From NCBI GenBank assembly GCA_030599585.1, contig JAUVNS010000011.1:32001-96000 (forward strand): a stretch of DNA of 64,000 bases, in the 5' to 3' direction. The position numbers were made by a program, and so were the translations under genes. The DNA is from Promethearchaeota archaeon (GTDB lineage Archaea; Asgardarchaeota; Lokiarchaeia; Sigyniarchaeales; SOKP01). Shown here one piece after another: positions 38,674 to 47,807 of the stretch (position 1 is the first letter of the stretch; each line of letters starts with the position of its first letter). A model generated the notes under the pieces. The model did not search any database, was not told the DNA's origin, and saw only the letters and a list, made by a program, of their open reading frames with translations.

Positions 38674-39603
38674 TTACCCACCCAAAATTGATATTATTAT
38701 ATCAAAGTAAAATGAGAAAAAGAGGATGAAAAAGAGAAGAAGTCCTGAAATAATAATGCCTTTGTCAAAAAAAGCTTTTTCGGTCCTTCTTGCTAATTCT
38801 GGCTTAGCTGTGGTTAAATACATAAATCTCATGATTAAATAAAGCGATATTGGGATAGTGAATATTACAATATATTCTTGCAAATTTATAGTGGGCTCGA
38901 AAAGGGAAAATTTTAAAATGAGATAAAGAGAATACGTCATAAATAAGGATCCAGCAATCAACACGTGAAATTGCTCTAGTAGTTTTAGAGAATATTGATC
39001 GTAAACTTTTTTATGCTCGATCGCTTTATCCTTGCCAAGATACAACAAATCTCCTTTTCTTTTTGCTATGCTTAGGAACATCGCAATTTCAAATATCGCT
39101 AAAAATAGCCAAGCAGAGATGTAATCATTAATAATCACTACTCCAGATAGAGCTCGCCACAAATAGCCCGTAGATAACACTAGAATGTCGATAAAAGCAT
39201 ATTTTTTAAAGAAGTGATTGTATAGTTGTCCTGTTAAAATTATAAAAATAATCATTACCATTAAACTAATATTGGGAATAAGGAAGACCAAGGAGAATAC
39301 CATGAACCCTACAATTGCTATAAGTAATAACACCGCGACATACATAGGGAGTTCTCCTGATGCGAGGGGTTTCTTTTTTAATTTTTCTAGATGTTTTTTG
39401 TCATTCTCTACATCTATTATGTCGTTTATGATATAATTAAAAGAGGAAGCACAACAAAGTAAAATAAAACCTAAAATGAGAGGAAAATAAAGGTTATGAT
39501 AAAATATTTTTCTGCTGAAAAAGACCGCTACAAAAATTAAAAAATTCTTGTAATACTGTCTTATCCGTAAGAGTTGAAGAACACTTCTAATTTTGCTCGT
39601 CAT
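38674..39603 (-). CDS. UbiA-superfamily protein, decaprenyl-phosphate phosphoribosyltransferase-like
   Basis: LRIRQYYKN, YIINDIIDVENDKKH..K..PLASG, KRKGDL. Confidence 0.85.
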   Translation of the reverse strand: MTSKIRSVLQLLRIRQYYKNFLIFVAVFFSRKIFYHNLYFPLILGFILLCCASSFNYIINDIIDVENDKKHLEKLKKKPLASGELPMYVAVLLLIAIVGFMVFSLVFLIPNISLMVMIIFIILTGQLYNHFFKKYAFIDILVLSTGYLWRALSGVVIINDYISAWLFLAIFEIAMFLSIAKRKGDLLYLGKDKAIEHKKVYDQYSLKLLEQFHVLIAGSLFMTYSLYLILKFSLFEPTINLQEYIVIFTIPISLYLIMRFMYLTTAKPELARRTEKAFFDKGIIISGLLLFFILFFSFYFDIIISILGG

Positions 39604-39631
39604 TATAAGATTTTAAACTGATGCATATCAA

Positions 39632-42175
39632 TTAAACTTTGTTGAGGTAAAAAATCTTATCTGGTTTAAACTTTTTCAAAAAAATGTAACCGAGTTTACT
39701 AAACAAACTCGTTTCCGCCTTTCTTTGAATATAAGCGGTCTCGTTTTCGAAAGATAACCCTTCTAATGATTTGTACGGAATTTTAACATCCTTACCAAAT
39801 ATGTTTGTTACATTCACATAGCTAAACAAGTTAGTTTGTTGTTCGTCTTGAGAGTTTTTTGTGCTCTGGGGATAAAATTTAAAATCTTTTAAATACCCAA
39901 TTTCGAAGTTATTCACAGGTTTTTTAAGATAAAAATAAGTTCTAGTTTGGTTTTCCACTAGCCAATTTAAAATTCTTCGTTCTGATTCTCGATATATATC
40001 TGATTTTTTTATCGTTATAGATATAACCTTAGGTTTAATTATCAAATCTTTAAGTGCGTAGCTTATTTTGATTTTTTCTCCATTTTGAGGTATTTCGTCA
40101 AAAATTAATTCTGATTCTTTGAAAACATCTGAAATTTTTACATTTGAACATTTAATTATTAAGGTTTCTCCTTTATTATTAAAGAAAATATCTTTACCGC
40201 TGAATGATTCAATTAAGCTTATAGGATTAGGTAATTTTGTTTCCTTTAGTGGTTTGAGAATTTCATGCCCACCATTATCTACGAAATTAAAATCGAGTTT
40301 TTTTTTATTGGGATTTATTTGAACATTTAAGAGTTTTAAGATGCCTTCCTTTTTTATATAATAGTGGTCCTTCAGAGAAATTTCAGATTTAGTATATTTT
40401 GAGGAATTTAGATTTTGAATTATATTATTTTCTAAATTTTTTACAACATATTCGTCAGTATCGCAAACATCATCTTTAAATTGAATATTTTCCAGTTTAC
40501 CTAAAAAGCGTTCATTTGTGAGCTTATTTTTAAAAATGAAGGTTTTTTCTATTTCTAATTTGTAGAGTTCTCTTCTGTTTAAATCGTGCATTAGGGTTGC
40601 AATATTTTTAATTTCGAAGTGCTCTCTAAACTTATCACTCGCAATTTCTTTAAATTTTCTTCTAGCAAGCTCAAAAAGTTTACCATAATATCTCTGTTTA
40701 GACCTTTTTAAACATATGAAAGGAAGTAACATTTCTTTTGTCGGTGTTAATTTATTATCAAGAATAGCAACAACTCTATGGTATGTGGGAGGATGAGAGT
40801 TAATTATATTACTTATGAGTGAAATCCTTTTTGGTTTAACTATTGATTTATTGATATAATCGGCCGTATTTAAGAAATTTAACATTTCGTTGTCTTTATT
40901 TATCTTTTCATCACATAATAGCATAGTGTTCAAACCAATTTCGCGCCCAGTCGCATAGAAGCTTTCTAAATTATAAAGTGCTTTCACTAGCTCATTAGCA
41001 TACCCTGCGTTTTTTGCTTTAGCATCAGCTTTTCCCTCTAGTATTCTAACAAACATAAACAGAATTACATAAATAAGAAGGTTGATTAATATAAATAAAA
41101 CGAAAGGAAGTTTGGGATTTCCAAAAGTATAATCGTAGTATGTAGCAGGAAAACCAAGAAGCAATCTAAATAATAGATCCCCAGTCGTGATAAAAGTTAA
41201 GATCAATGTATGTCTTCCCTTTGTATGAGCTAACTCGTGAGCAACAATACCCTTTAATTCGTCGATGGGAATCTCGTTAAAATCTTCAACTATAAGCGCT
41301 ATTCTTTTATCCAAAATGGAGCCATAGGCCATAGCATTTAATATGGGATATTTACCAATTCCTACTTTCACTTTAGTTTTTATTCCAATATCCAATTTTA
41401 TTTCTTCAATTAACTCTAAAATTTTTTCATCGTGAACTGGTTTAATTCCAAGTAAAAAATCTAAAACACGTCCTGAAATAAAGTAAATTACCCAATTTAT
41501 CATGATTAGAATAGTATAAACGTTAAAAATGAGCTCCCAGGGGGAAAAAGTATTAAATAGCAAGGATTTGTTAGAAACGAAGTTAAGAGGGGTATATTGG
41601 TTAATAAAAACAATAGCTAACCATGCGAGTATATAAAGAAATAGTGTTAAATATTGTGGAGACATGAACCTCCAAATAACAATATATTTTCGACCAAATA
41701 AAATAAATCCTAATACTAAAATTATCCAAAATGAAAAGGAAAAAGCTGTGTTTACTACAATTGGGTTATTAATGATACTCGATATAATACCCGAGACAAA
41801 AATCACATTATAAGTTACCAAAGATATTATTAAAATCTTATTCAAAACCGGATAATCCTTCAATTCTGCTATACCAAACCATAGGTATATTGAAAATGCT
41901 CCCATAATTGAAGTGAAGACATCTTTAGATATAAAAAAAATAAGAAAAAAAAAGAAAAGAAGAGCAACAAAATCACTCAATTCGCTTCTTTTACCACTTT
42001 TAGCCCATCTATAGAATTCTTCAATTATTAACAAATAAAAAATGAAAAGGACATAAAAAATCCAATCACCTAATATTGCAATCCAATTATCTAGAAGAGA
42101 AAATGAAATTAGCGAAAAAGATACGGTAGTTAATAGAAAGAAAATAAACAAACCAAAACGAGCGATTTTTTTCAT
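39632..42175 (-). CDS. M48 (HtpX/Ste24-like) membrane metalloprotease with long N- and C-terminal extensions
   Basis: NAMAYG, ELKGIVAHELAH, EGKAD, SHPP. Confidence 0.85.
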   Translation of the reverse strand: MKKIARFGLFIFFLLTTVSFSLISFSLLDNWIAILGDWIFYVLFIFYLLIIEEFYRWAKSGKRSELSDFVALLFFFFLIFFISKDVFTSIMGAFSIYLWFGIAELKDYPVLNKILIISLVTYNVIFVSGIISSIINNPIVVNTAFSFSFWIILVLGFILFGRKYIVIWRFMSPQYLTLFLYILAWLAIVFINQYTPLNFVSNKSLLFNTFSPWELIFNVYTILIMINWVIYFISGRVLDFLLGIKPVHDEKILELIEEIKLDIGIKTKVKVGIGKYPILNAMAYGSILDKRIALIVEDFNEIPIDELKGIVAHELAHTKGRHTLILTFITTGDLLFRLLLGFPATYYDYTFGNPKLPFVLFILINLLIYVILFMFVRILEGKADAKAKNAGYANELVKALYNLESFYATGREIGLNTMLLCDEKINKDNEMLNFLNTADYINKSIVKPKRISLISNIINSHPPTYHRVVAILDNKLTPTKEMLLPFICLKRSKQRYYGKLFELARRKFKEIASDKFREHFEIKNIATLMHDLNRRELYKLEIEKTFIFKNKLTNERFLGKLENIQFKDDVCDTDEYVVKNLENNIIQNLNSSKYTKSEISLKDHYYIKKEGILKLLNVQINPNKKKLDFNFVDNGGHEILKPLKETKLPNPISLIESFSGKDIFFNNKGETLIIKCSNVKISDVFKESELIFDEIPQNGEKIKISYALKDLIIKPKVISITIKKSDIYRESERRILNWLVENQTRTYFYLKKPVNNFEIGYLKDFKFYPQSTKNSQDEQQTNLFSYVNVTNIFGKDVKIPYKSLEGLSFENETAYIQRKAETSLFSKLGYIFLKKFKPDKIFYLNKV

Positions 42176-42194
42176 CTTAAACCCTTTATTTCAG

Positions 42195-43547
42195 TCAAAG
42201 TTCTTTCTTCATTTTATTAATTTCAGACCAAAAATATTTAATCGTGATATAATACCATAGTAAAAGTCCAGGTATTACTATAATTAAAGATATTAGAATA
42301 TTAGTAGGTATTATTAAACCAAAAATATCAAGATCTATAAAATCTATGGGGATAATAAATAAATCAATAGCGACAAGATATATATACCCTATTACGATTA
42401 AAATTACCATGAGAATTACGATCCCTCTTATTCTAGGATACCGATACAATAAAAATACGGTAATTAACCCAAAGAAACTCGAAATTAATGTTATTGTAAT
42501 AAAATCTATTGGTGAATTCATCAATAGTGTTGTTAAAATAGCAAAAAAGCCACATATTATCGAAATTATGTAAAAATTTTTAACTAAATCTGGTTCTTTC
42601 ATTGGTCCTTTAGCTAATATTAACCGAGGTAATGTCAAAGCAGCGCTTTTTAGATCTGAAGCCTTCATAAAATCATTTTCTATTAATAAAACATCGCTTC
42701 TATTATCTAATATTTCACTACTCTCGACGAGCCCCTTTACAGAATAAATGACATAAAAGCTATTAAATATATGAATAAGCAATGCACAAAAAACTGCTGC
42801 TTCAAGCGAACCAATTAGTGCGATCGAAGCAAAAATTGCTCCAATGCTTAATGTTCCAACATCCCCTGGAAAAATTTTAGCTGGAAACTTGTTATATAAG
42901 AAAAAGGGTACGAGTATTGCTAAGGATACAACTGAAAATAACAAACCTTCTGCGGAGTCCCATATAATAGAGCAAATAATCAAGGAAAATAAAGCGATAA
43001 TAGATGTCCCTGAACCTTCACCATTGTATCCTTCTAACATATTTACTGTATTAGCAAAAACAGCAACGATCAAAGGAGCGAGAATAGGATATATAAGATT
43101 TAGCCTTAATTTTCCCAAAAAGGGGATTGTAGGAGATTCGATTTGTATAAAACCAAAAACATTTGCCAAAAATATCACTATTCCTGTAAATAATGTTAGC
43201 AACAGCTTGTATCTTGATCTTAATTTGATTCTGTCATCTAAATAGCCAATTAAACCAGAAATTACTACTGTTAAAACAAAAATCAAAATTTCATTAAAGA
43301 AATCTGGAAAAAATACAGTTAGTAATATAGCAGTAAATGATATACCAATGATAATAGAAATCCCACCAGATTCCGGGACTTCAGTTTTTAAGTTCTTATG
43401 TATGTCTATCCCCGTGTATCCCTTCCGTTTCATGATTCTAATAATATAAGGGATAATTACTAATGTTGTGACAAATCCTACAATGAAAGATATAATTAAG
43501 TAAATTGTTTCTAAAATGCCCCAATTCATAGTAGATAGCCGAATCAT
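42195..43547 (-). CDS. UDP-GlcNAc:dolichyl-phosphate GlcNAc-1-phosphate transferase (AglH/ALG7-like)
   Basis: GIDIHK, VPESGG, GYLDD, NTVNMLEGYNG, IFPGDVGT. Confidence 0.88.
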   Translation of the reverse strand: MIRLSTMNWGILETIYLIISFIVGFVTTLVIIPYIIRIMKRKGYTGIDIHKNLKTEVPESGGISIIIGISFTAILLTVFFPDFFNEILIFVLTVVISGLIGYLDDRIKLRSRYKLLLTLFTGIVIFLANVFGFIQIESPTIPFLGKLRLNLIYPILAPLIVAVFANTVNMLEGYNGEGSGTSIIALFSLIICSIIWDSAEGLLFSVVSLAILVPFFLYNKFPAKIFPGDVGTLSIGAIFASIALIGSLEAAVFCALLIHIFNSFYVIYSVKGLVESSEILDNRSDVLLIENDFMKASDLKSAALTLPRLILAKGPMKEPDLVKNFYIISIICGFFAILTTLLMNSPIDFITITLISSFFGLITVFLLYRYPRIRGIVILMVILIVIGYIYLVAIDLFIIPIDFIDLDIFGLIIPTNILISLIIVIPGLLLWYYITIKYFWSEINKMKKEL

Positions 43548-43599
43548 GATAAATCATCCAGTTTTGGATTATAAAATCTTTTAAAATAAAAGACATAAG

Positions 43600-43701
43600 T
43601 AGCCCGGCACGGAATTTCGATTATCGAAATAACTCGATAATATTCGAACCGTGGTCACGGGGTTCAAGGCCCCAGATGCTTGGCCACTACACCACCGGGC
43701 T
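43600..43701 (-). tRNA. tRNA-Gln(UUG) with 29-nt intron at 59/60; CCA not encoded
   Basis: Acceptor AGCCCGG/CCGGGCT+A (A1-U72), anticodon arm TGGGG CCTTGAA CCCCG, T arm CACGG TTCGAA^T CCGTG; 73 nt mature. Confidence 0.95.
43614..43642 (-). other. tRNA intron (canonical BHB) in the T loop
   Basis: CACGG UUCG AA^U AUUAUCGA GUUAUU UCGAUAAU CGAA AU^U CCGUG: 4-bp central helix, two 3-nt bulges, 8-bp inner stem. Confidence 0.95.
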
Positions 43702-43714
43702 TTAATAATTATTT

Positions 43715-44338
43715 TTATAGATTAAATGGTTTTAAATTTTGTTTAAAAAATGTGTTATCTAATAAATCTTTATTGGTTTTCAGAAAGATAATATCTGCTC
43801 CTTCATCTCTATATTCATCAGGTAACATCTGCGGAATAGTTTCGATGATTGGAAACCATCTCTTACATTTAGAACAGAACAGCAACCCCGTTTCAATTTC
43901 AATATCAGTTTTGAATTTGTTTAATAGATATAATTCTGGTAAAATTGTATCAATATGTTCATTCATCAAATTGTTTGAAAAAGCGATTAATTTTGGTTTT
44001 ATATCATTTTGAATAACGCGAATACATCGCTTACTTAGCGCAAATGAGGATTTATCGCTTATATTATCTACTTCTTTAACACTAGAAATTATTGCATTTA
44101 CATAATAGCCAAGTTTACTTTTTTTGATCACAATTTCGTCTTTCAGAAGTAAATTTTCATTTTCTTGCTCAATTTCAATAATATTTTCCTTTTTAATACT
44201 AACTAAGTCTCTCTTATCATACACTTCTAATATTTCTTTAAAAACATTTTCCTTCGTTTCAAAAGAAAAGATTACCAACTCTAGCGGATAATATTTATCA
44301 ATCGGGCAAGCTAAAATATCGCACAACCACGGTCTCAT
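43715..44338 (-). CDS. trm112: Trm112-family methyltransferase activator, long form
   Basis: LCDILACPIDK...PLEL and IETGLLFCSKCKRWFPIIETIPQMLP around a long helical insert. Confidence 0.85.
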   Translation of the reverse strand: MRPWLCDILACPIDKYYPLELVIFSFETKENVFKEILEVYDKRDLVSIKKENIIEIEQENENLLLKDEIVIKKSKLGYYVNAIISSVKEVDNISDKSSFALSKRCIRVIQNDIKPKLIAFSNNLMNEHIDTILPELYLLNKFKTDIEIETGLLFCSKCKRWFPIIETIPQMLPDEYRDEGADIIFLKTNKDLLDNTFFKQNLKPFNL

Positions 44339-44359
44339 TAATTCACCGAAATTTATTAT

Positions 44360-46222
44360 TTACAATAAATAACTTCTTAGCTGTTGAATATATTTATCGA
44401 TCGTTCTATCTAATTTTTTTTGTCTATTGAAGAAATCATCTGATAATTTTTGGTATGCTGCTTTAGAAGGTAATTTACCTCTTTTATATCTCGCCTCCAA
44501 GAGATTTAAGCTATCCGAAATACTTATTCTTTCGGCATCTAACACATCAAGTCTTTTTACAATATTACTAAATGTTTCGTTAGTTTCCATCAATATTTTC
44601 TTGAAAGGGAGGATTTCGTCTTTAATCTGGTCAATTTTTATCGTGTTTTTGCTTAATAAATTTTTATAAGTCTTTTTTGCTAACTTCTTGCGCTTTGTTT
44701 CACTTTCTGCTTTTCTAATTTCCAACACTAATGCATTTCTTTCTTCGTATAATGAGCAAAATTCTCTAATTTCGCTAACAGGGATGAAATCCTTTTTGAA
44801 GATCGATACTTGTTCCTCTCTTTTTAATGTTTTAATTGCAAGAACGAAAAGCGACGACAGTAAAGCAATGATCATAATGAACACAACAGGCCTAATTAAT
44901 ATTTCAAATAAATCAATAGTGTAGGTTAATAGTACATATTTCTTTTCTAGTGGACTAACATTTTCTAGGCTAAATACTAAAACTTTAGTATTTCCCGAGT
45001 TATGCAAAGCTTCTGGTAATGAAGACATATAATCTATTCTACCACAACCTTCGATAATCACATTTGTATTTTGTTCGTATATTAGATATTCATATTTAGT
45101 CGTAAGTAGATTTATTGAAATAGATTGTTGAAGCCAATTAAAGGATGTGTATCCTTCAGGAGGAAGATAATATTCAAGATAAAACTTAAATTTTGATGTT
45201 GGTGTCAGCGAAACTCTATTCTGGTATAATTGAATAGAAACACTTTTTGTTGAAACTTCATCAATAGATTCTATGAGAGATACTCCTAGGATCTCTCCCA
45301 GATCATCATAAACTTTTACATTAATTGCATCGATTGGAATTTTCATTGATAATAAACCGACTTCAATAATTCCAACATTTTCAATTGTAATTTCTTCAAC
45401 ATTTTTAATAGTGCCCCAGGGAGATATGTAAATATCCTTGTCTATCTTTTCAATTTCTAATTTTGATGTAAATCTATCTTTTACAGAAATATATGTTTCG
45501 TTATGTTCACCTAAATTTACTAAAAAAGGCTCCAGATGATTAATTTCAAGATTTGCCCCTAAATCGTAAACAATGTTACTTCCCCCAACCAAAATCCCCA
45601 TACCCCCAATTTGTTTATGAAAGTCTAACGTTGATCCTACTGGTAACAGATAATTTCCTCTGATGACCCCTTTGCTCGTATAAGGTAAAAGAGGAAACAG
45701 CGGTCCTTGAAAAACTAAAAGTTGGGTTACCTCATTATCAATAAATGCTAGCTCGTAAGATATTAAATTTGTATATGAATGGAGAACAGTTAAAGTAACT
45801 TCTTGTGATGGTAAAAGGGGCACATCAAGATAAATCGTTATCATTTCGAAAACATCCATTATTTCATTGGATCTTTCGATTGATAGTGTGTTCCCTGTTT
45901 CGCCAAAAGCGTTAAAATAAATTAAATTATTTGAATCTTCAATTTTTATTCCAAATAAAATTGAACTAATCGGGTTGTTATTATTATTTAAGATTGTTAG
46001 CCTATCTTTTATACTTACTAACCCATAAGTACTTAAATTAGTGGTTCTTATTATTTCTACCACTAAAATGTTATCTGCACCTTCTAAATTCCCCGATAGT
46101 TGAGGGTCTTCAACTGAAAACTGATGTTGATAATTTGGTGAAAAATTATCTTGAATAGCTGAAAAAACGATCATAGCAGATAAAAGACCAATAAATATAA
46201 TGAAAAAACTTTTTCTTCTCAT
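44360..46222 (-). CDS. Ribophorin I (OST1/RPN1)-like protein
   Basis: Signal anchor, beta-rich ectodomain with ISPWGTIKNVEEITIEN (cf. VSHWGNIAVEE), VYDDLG, one TM starting RP, helical cytosolic tail. Confidence 0.75.
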   Translation of the reverse strand: MRRKSFFIIFIGLLSAMIVFSAIQDNFSPNYQHQFSVEDPQLSGNLEGADNILVVEIIRTTNLSTYGLVSIKDRLTILNNNNNPISSILFGIKIEDSNNLIYFNAFGETGNTLSIERSNEIMDVFEMITIYLDVPLLPSQEVTLTVLHSYTNLISYELAFIDNEVTQLLVFQGPLFPLLPYTSKGVIRGNYLLPVGSTLDFHKQIGGMGILVGGSNIVYDLGANLEINHLEPFLVNLGEHNETYISVKDRFTSKLEIEKIDKDIYISPWGTIKNVEEITIENVGIIEVGLLSMKIPIDAINVKVYDDLGEILGVSLIESIDEVSTKSVSIQLYQNRVSLTPTSKFKFYLEYYLPPEGYTSFNWLQQSISINLLTTKYEYLIYEQNTNVIIEGCGRIDYMSSLPEALHNSGNTKVLVFSLENVSPLEKKYVLLTYTIDLFEILIRPVVFIMIIALLSSLFVLAIKTLKREEQVSIFKKDFIPVSEIREFCSLYEERNALVLEIRKAESETKRKKLAKKTYKNLLSKNTIKIDQIKDEILPFKKILMETNETFSNIVKRLDVLDAERISISDSLNLLEARYKRGKLPSKAAYQKLSDDFFNRQKKLDRTIDKYIQQLRSYLL

Positions 46223-46378
46223 AATTTAATTCCTTTTCAAACTCGAATTAACTAACAATAATTAATACCATTAATAAAAATTTATTATATTTTTTTATAT
46301 GATTCAAGATAAAACTTATTATTTTTGTTGTTTTAAATTTATTTAATTTATAAAAATAATTGCATTATAAAAATAAAA

Positions 46379-46594
46379 ATGTCGTCTCAACGTAGCCAAT
46401 CAAGACGTAAAAAAAGGAGAAGCGGAAGCGCACCAATGCCATTAGGAGGCGCTGGTTTGATGAGGTTTTTCGAGGATAGTTCAATTGGAATCAAAGTTAG
46501 CCCGATAACAACTGTTATTTTTGCTAGTGCTTTAATATTAATAGTAATTTTTGCTTGGCTAGGTATTTTTAATTGGTTGTTTACACCCTCGTAA
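46379..46594 (+). CDS. Preprotein translocase subunit Sec61-beta
   Basis: Basic N-terminus, GAGLMRFFED...IKVSP, single C-terminal TM. Confidence 0.92.
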   Translation: MSSQRSQSRRKKRRSGSAPMPLGGAGLMRFFEDSSIGIKVSPITTVIFASALILIVIFAWLGIFNWLFTPS

Positions 46595-46636
46595 CTTTAT
46601 TTTTAACATTTTTTATGAAGGTGATTACATTTAAAC

Positions 46637-46930
46637 ATGCGTATGTCGGAATTTCAGGCGTTACTCAAAAAGCTCTACCTTCACAAGGACCTAAATCGAG
46701 GGATTAATAGCACGTACATCTGGCTTATTGAAGAAATTGGTGAGCTTGCTACTTTATTAAACGCCCAAGAATTAGATAAAAAAAAGATTTCTGAAGAGTT
46801 AGCAGATATAATAGCCTGGACAATTTCTATTGCAAATATCTTAAATATTGATATAGAAAAAGCTATAGTTAGTAAATATCCTAATAAGTGTAAAAAGTGT
46901 AATTCCTCTCCTTGTAATTGTGTAAAATGA
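46637..46930 (+). CDS. MazG-like nucleotide pyrophosphohydrolase
   Basis: LIEEIGELA, EELADI, C-terminal KYP-CxxC-x3-PCxC. Confidence 0.88.
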   Translation: MRMSEFQALLKKLYLHKDLNRGINSTYIWLIEEIGELATLLNAQELDKKKISEELADIIAWTISIANILNIDIEKAIVSKYPNKCKKCNSSPCNCVK

Positions 46931-46992
46931 TTAAATTAATATTTTTGGCAATATATTTTAACTAAAAATTAAAAGAAAGTGAATCCATAGAA

Positions 46993-47751
46993 GTGAATCT
47001 GGAAGATATAAATAATTCTTTTATTCATAAGAATGCTATCGTGGATAAAAATGCATACATTGATACATTTTCAATAATTGGAAAGGGCGTTAAAATAGAA
47101 AGTGGAGTTTATATCTCTAATGGTGTCAAAATTTACGGGAATGCTTTAATTCAATCAGGAACATATATAGGGGAAAATAGTATCATTGGACACCCTCAAC
47201 GAGCGGAATTATTAACAATTGTAAAGAGTAAGAAGAATGTAACGGATTATGAGAGTCCATTAATTTCTATAGGAACAAATTGTACTATAAGAGCCGGTAG
47301 TATAATTTACTCTGAAGTTTCAATCGGGAAAAATTGTCAAACAGGACACAATGTTATGATAAGAGAAAAAACATCAATAGGGCATAATACAATTATAGGT
47401 ACTAATACTGTTATTGATGGTAATGTAATAATAGGCAATGAAGTCAGTATTCAAACGGGCGTATATATTCCGTTAAATTGCAGAATTGGAAATAATGTAT
47501 TTATGGGTCCTTTCAGTAAATTAACGAATGATAAATACATGATGCGGAAGGTACCTGATTTAATTGGTCCAACAATTGAAGACGAAGTATCCTTAGGTGC
47601 AAACTCAGTTATTTTACCGGGAATCACTTTAAAAAGGGGAACAATGGTTGGAGCAGGTGCCGTTGTTACAAAAAATACTGCGGAAGGGGATATAGTTGTA
47701 GGAAATCCTGCTAAGTTTTTAAAAAAAAAACCTGCAGATTGGATTTTTTAG
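46993..47751 (+). CDS. Hexapeptide-repeat (left-handed beta-helix) sugar acyltransferase
   Basis: Repeated [IV]GxxxxI units; TND; GANSVILPG; GAGAVVTK; VVGNPAK. Confidence 0.9.
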   Translation: MNLEDINNSFIHKNAIVDKNAYIDTFSIIGKGVKIESGVYISNGVKIYGNALIQSGTYIGENSIIGHPQRAELLTIVKSKKNVTDYESPLISIGTNCTIRAGSIIYSEVSIGKNCQTGHNVMIREKTSIGHNTIIGTNTVIDGNVIIGNEVSIQTGVYIPLNCRIGNNVFMGPFSKLTNDKYMMRKVPDLIGPTIEDEVSLGANSVILPGITLKRGTMVGAGAVVTKNTAEGDIVVGNPAKFLKKKPADWIF

Positions 47752-47807
47752 CAAAATATACTTATTTATTTAATTTTTAAATAATAACTGAAAGAACTGG
47801 TATAATT

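Noticed and set aside
43680-44012. 110-aa plus-strand ORF
   Set aside because: Antisense to trm112 and overlapping the tRNA; shadow frame.
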